NCBI GenBank assembly: GCA_027022365.1
Contig: JALVYU010000026.1
Location: 192,001 to 256,000, forward strand
Length of the DNA: 64,000 nucleotides
Reading direction: 5' to 3'
Source of the DNA: Desulfurococcales archaeon
GTDB lineage: Archaea > Thermoproteota > Thermoprotei_A > Sulfolobales > Desulfurococcaceae
Shown piece by piece: positions 60,022 to 64,000 of the stretch. The translations under genes were made by a program, and so were the position numbers. The notes under the pieces are model-generated. The model did no database searches, had not been told where the DNA came from, and was given only the letters and a program-made list of their open reading frames with translations. Position 1 is the first letter of the stretch; the number at the start of each line of letters is the position of its first letter.

Positions 60022-62328
60022 TTAAGATAGCTGTGGGGCTGTTACATGAATATTTATTTCACAACTTAGATAGTCTCCGACATCTTTATCGTAATTTATA
60101 TTCATATATGAGTCACTTGATGTTGCCAGATAGTTCCATTCTATATAGAATGATGCATGTGCTTCATTGACGCGTGTTCCACTACCTGAATAGTAGAATC
60201 TTATCGGTATATCGAGGCTGTTACTGCCAGTATCCATAGTACTCGGGTCAAGTGAATACAGTATTTTATCCGCGATACTAGCGCTTACTCCAATGACTGT
60301 AACTGCGGCTTCAAACACTGTTTCATATGGTATAGGAACTATAAGATCAGCTACAAATAGTATTGTCGAAGCCGCATTGGCGTAATCTTCGATTGCTACC
60401 GCTATGGATCTAGCTTGTGATATTTTCCTGTGAACATCGCTTGTTACATCGTTTTGGTTCATATCATTAGCATATACAACGTTGAAGTCTTTATACCCAA
60501 ATCCTGGCTGACCCTCATTGGGATTATTTGTGCCGACCTTTGCATTGATCTCCATCTTGCTGATCTTATAGTAGTTGCTTGTCGGATGATAGGGGGCTAA
60601 GCAAACAGATTCTTGACAGTACTGGTACCATACTTCCTTAGTGTACCCGAGATATAGACGTATTGTAGCATATTCTAAGTTTTTATTCCAATAGATATCG
60701 TAAATTCCTAGGTAGCCATGGTTGTTTATCCACCAATATCTCTCCTCACCGAATTCCCAGTTATAATACGCTACGGCTTTTGTTCCGTCGAATTCATGTT
60801 CGATATAAAAGTCGACTCTGCTTACATAAGCTTTTATGGGTGGAGGCGTTGGACCATAGTCGTAACATTCAAACTCGATCTTAAGCATGATTGATTCGGC
60901 ATCGCTCGGTATTTCAACGTAGTCTGCTATTTGATGATACTTGCCATCGCTGAGATCGATCCATGGTCCGTATGTGGTGGTAGCGGGGTCTCCTTCAACT
61001 TTATAATAGCCCTCTATTTCTAATAGTATATAACCATTATTGTTACGATGACGTAATTTATCCATTATTTTAAATGCTAAATCAAGTGAGCTACCATTTT
61101 TAATAACGATCTCTTGATCTTTATCGATTAAAGCTTGTAGTACGTTTAATTTTTCTGTACCATCCGAGAGAACCGCTTCGGCGAATTTAAGAGGCTCTAA
61201 TTGTTTCTTTTTAATTTCCTTAACATTATTTGAATCGGCTAGTGCTATGTAATTGATTTTATGAAAGCCCGTTGAGACTATCTTGATCGCTATGTCTCTA
61301 CTATTATGCAGGGGCGTTGCTGATAGATCTATTGCCTCAAGATACCAATTATGCCTAGGCTCTATCGTGGCTATTTTTATCCACTTCCCATTAGAATAAC
61401 CATATATTATTAATGATGTTTTATACAGAACATCCGTACCAAGTAGTAGTAACTTGGGCTTGTGCCCCAGTCTCGGAAAAATAACAGTATATGTATCATT
61501 AGGCCTTGTCGTGATGTAGCCTATGTTCATAAACCATACCTTGAATGCAAAGTTATTACCATATTTATCCAGTACCTTGATTGGTCTGACAAGTCTATTT
61601 TTGTCTTTTATAATAAAGACTTTGCCTGTACTGCTCTCAGAGACAACTATGTCCCCCTTAGTCTTTGTTATATAGTATGCTTTAATATTGTAAATATGGT
61701 CTTCTTCTCCATCTCTTTCTATGATTCTAAATTTAATCTTATTTTCATTTATACTGAATTGACTGGGATAGATCAAGTAATAATCCTTCTTCACCTCAGT
61801 ACCTTTAGCCAGTGGAAGCAGGTTATTGATATATACATATTTTCCATCGATAAAGCTATATAATCGGGGGCAACCACCTCCAGAAGAACCCGTGGATACC
61901 GTTACGGCTATTCTGGCTCTAATCTTCCCGGAAGATGGTTGTTCTGCTCTAACATATGCGTAAAAGAGTACTTTCTCGCTCTTCACAGAGTTTATATGTG
62001 TATTATCAGAGTACTGATATATGGATGCATAACCATTCGTAGAATAAAGGTACAGTGCATAATCTCCTCTAATACCCTTGCCATATGCTCTGCTATAACT
62101 GTCAGCTATAATGTTCCAATAACTAGGATCTCCTTCATGATCGAAAGTTAGACCCTTGAATAATTCACCTACATTATAGTACTTGCTAGGTATTGTAAAA
62201 TCATAGTTATACGGCCCTTCTACTAATGTAGTGGATTCAGCGTGCACTGTCGGAATATAGGCTGGTATAATGACAATAGATAATGTAATGAATATTGCGA
62301 GAAAGGGGATACCTGTCTTCCCCCTCAT
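60022..62328 (-). CDS. large secreted multidomain protein
   Basis: Signal peptide ending VHA|ES; beta-rich domains; hydrophobic helical hairpin near the C-terminus. Confidence 0.7.
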   Translation of the reverse strand: MRGKTGIPFLAIFITLSIVIIPAYIPTVHAESTTLVEGPYNYDFTIPSKYYNVGELFKGLTFDHEGDPSYWNIIADSYSRAYGKGIRGDYALYLYSTNGYASIYQYSDNTHINSVKSEKVLFYAYVRAEQPSSGKIRARIAVTVSTGSSGGGCPRLYSFIDGKYVYINNLLPLAKGTEVKKDYYLIYPSQFSINENKIKFRIIERDGEEDHIYNIKAYYITKTKGDIVVSESSTGKVFIIKDKNRLVRPIKVLDKYGNNFAFKVWFMNIGYITTRPNDTYTVIFPRLGHKPKLLLLGTDVLYKTSLIIYGYSNGKWIKIATIEPRHNWYLEAIDLSATPLHNSRDIAIKIVSTGFHKINYIALADSNNVKEIKKKQLEPLKFAEAVLSDGTEKLNVLQALIDKDQEIVIKNGSSLDLAFKIMDKLRHRNNNGYILLEIEGYYKVEGDPATTTYGPWIDLSDGKYHQIADYVEIPSDAESIMLKIEFECYDYGPTPPPIKAYVSRVDFYIEHEFDGTKAVAYYNWEFGEERYWWINNHGYLGIYDIYWNKNLEYATIRLYLGYTKEVWYQYCQESVCLAPYHPTSNYYKISKMEINAKVGTNNPNEGQPGFGYKDFNVVYANDMNQNDVTSDVHRKISQARSIAVAIEDYANAASTILFVADLIVPIPYETVFEAAVTVIGVSASIADKILYSLDPSTMDTGSNSLDIPIRFYYSGSGTRVNEAHASFYIEWNYLATSSDSYMNINYDKDVGDYLSCEINIHVTAPQLS

Positions 62329-62463
62329 ACTCAGGCACCATAGTTTTCTTCACCTAGGGAAATAAATATATCTTATATAAAATGATCATCTAATGTCATG
62401 GAGGTAACATTTATATAAACGTTTCTTTTTCGTGTATTATCGTTAGGAGTTGTTGGTTTTGAA

Positions 62464-63570
62464 GTGGTTGCAATGCTTCTCAGGAAGTGGATGAAGCTGT
62501 TGTTTATTATTGTTATTGTTGTTGGTTTTGCTCTCTACACTTTCTTCTTCCTCACGTATTACAGATACTATCCTGGGGTATCGGGTAATAACGAGATCAT
62601 AGTTAGCATAGGGAGCGTTAAGAAAGCAGAGGATGTAGTAGAGAGGATACTCGATAAATATTGGGGTAAGGTTGATAAGCTTTGGATCTACAAGACGAAT
62701 ATTTACTGGAGCAGAAAAGACATACAGATCGAATATGATAGTTATCCCCTGAACTACTCGTATGAGTTCCGGGTTTTTATTCTCCGAAAAATACTCGGCC
62801 AGATCGAGGCGAGAACGGAGCTTTATTTTAGGGCGCCTCATCATCCGTGGGATAATGTTACATGGATACAATATGACCGGGTCCACAACAGGCTACTGAT
62901 ATACCATAACGGTATTTTCTCAGGAGATGAGCCATCGGGAGCTGGCAATGTTAATGCACTCTTCTACCTCGATAAGAATAGGTTCGTGATAATCAATCTC
63001 GTACCAGCAGAATACTGCATACCGAACGGAACCAGCCTAACCACCTTCAAATACAACGGAACATATATAAAGCTCCCCAGCCCCTGTAGCCCTAGAGATC
63101 GCGAACATCTAAGATTCTGGTACATTTATTTCGTCCCACCATACATTCACACCTTTACCGAGCCCTATGATGAAGAACTAGCCCCAGTATATATAGCAAA
63201 TATTGTCGTGATAACACATAATATGACGGATAAAGTCTTCATGGACAAGAACTTCAGAGAATATCTTGGGGAATTGAGGCGGCTTAGAGATGAATGGATC
63301 AAGAGGTTCAATGATACTGGGTTCACGGCATTACGGGATGAACATGGAAAAGTGGCCGAACTAGACTTCGACTCGAGAGAAATCCCGCAAACACTGGAAA
63401 ACACGAGGTTCTTCAAGGAGTTCGAGGAAAACCTCACAGATATCCTCTGGCACACGCTCATAAAACCCATCCTACAATACATACATGTCCACGCAAACAG
63501 CCTATGGGACATAATGTTCGCACTACTAATAAACAAGCATGAAGCAATATACCTAGAACCTCTAACGTGA
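62464..63570 (+). CDS. membrane-anchored hypothetical protein
   Basis: N-terminal TM helix; divergent from the secreted protein. Confidence 0.65.
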   Translation: MVAMLLRKWMKLLFIIVIVVGFALYTFFFLTYYRYYPGVSGNNEIIVSIGSVKKAEDVVERILDKYWGKVDKLWIYKTNIYWSRKDIQIEYDSYPLNYSYEFRVFILRKILGQIEARTELYFRAPHHPWDNVTWIQYDRVHNRLLIYHNGIFSGDEPSGAGNVNALFYLDKNRFVIINLVPAEYCIPNGTSLTTFKYNGTYIKLPSPCSPRDREHLRFWYIYFVPPYIHTFTEPYDEELAPVYIANIVVITHNMTDKVFMDKNFREYLGELRRLRDEWIKRFNDTGFTALRDEHGKVAELDFDSREIPQTLENTRFFKEFEENLTDILWHTLIKPILQYIHVHANSLWDIMFALLINKHEAIYLEPLT

Positions 63571-64000
63571 TAGAAATAAATTAATTAGGAATTTTGATCC
63601 GATAAAAGTGAAGTAGCCTTAGGAGGGGCTGACGCGGCCTCACGCCTCTAGCACGGGTATTTGGCGACCTCCGGTGCACTCTAGTCATAACTATAAAAGA
63701 GGATCTAGCGATTCCGCTCATTTTGAGTAAAAATGATGGAGATTAGAAATTTAGTGAGCCATTTTAGCTGGGAAAGACTACTCTTTCTCCTTAGCATGAG
63801 TGTTAATTTCTATATGGACAATGTATGTATTCGGTTAAACATGTATCGAACATACTTCATATAAACAATTACGTAGAAAGGTTATCTATAGGTTGATAAA
63901 GCAAAGTTACTTATAAATAACAATGCTTGTACACCAAGTTTTTCTCTATATAGAATTACATAAGCATAGGCTCTCTGAATTTGCCTATCTTTTCTAACAA

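Noticed and set aside
63620-63700. GC-rich patch resembling an IS200/IS605 end or tRNA fragment
   Set aside because: Weak pairing only; no cloverleaf, and no transposase or TnpB in the window.
1-64000. CRISPR array or rRNA genes
   Set aside because: No regularly spaced direct repeats or rRNA-like sequence seen.

Overview
Archaeal chromosomal segment. The gene content (rpl44e/rps27e, aRF1, CarS, AcnX/UbiD mevalonate genes, SerK, C/D box sRNAs) suggests a crenarchaeote, probably Desulfurococcales. Most of the window is housekeeping genes. The standout is a minus-strand initiator tRNA-Met(CAT) gene broken into four exons over 2.26 kb (10739->8479) by three BHB-type intervening sequences at positions 30/31 (1451 nt), 37/38 (21 nt) and about 59/60 (713 nt). 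The two large ones are AT-rich and are closed by perfect GC-rich 14-bp and 16-bp inverted repeats. The first carries a largely intact two-motif LAGLIDADG homing endonuclease (antisense to the tRNA) plus a divergent, unannotated AbrB-type regulator and a palindromic operator candidate. The other carries a frameshift-decayed LAGLIDADG gene. TATA-like boxes in front of the internal tRNA pieces raise the alternative of a trans-spliced (tri-split) tRNA. Also present: several C/D box guide RNAs, a vWA-FHA-Ser/Thr kinase module, a serine-utilisation cluster, a nuclease gene with an early nonsense codon, and from about 55.9 kb an accessory island (VirB4-like and VirB11/TadA-like ATPases, secreted proteins). 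All calls come from reading the sequence; no database searches were run.
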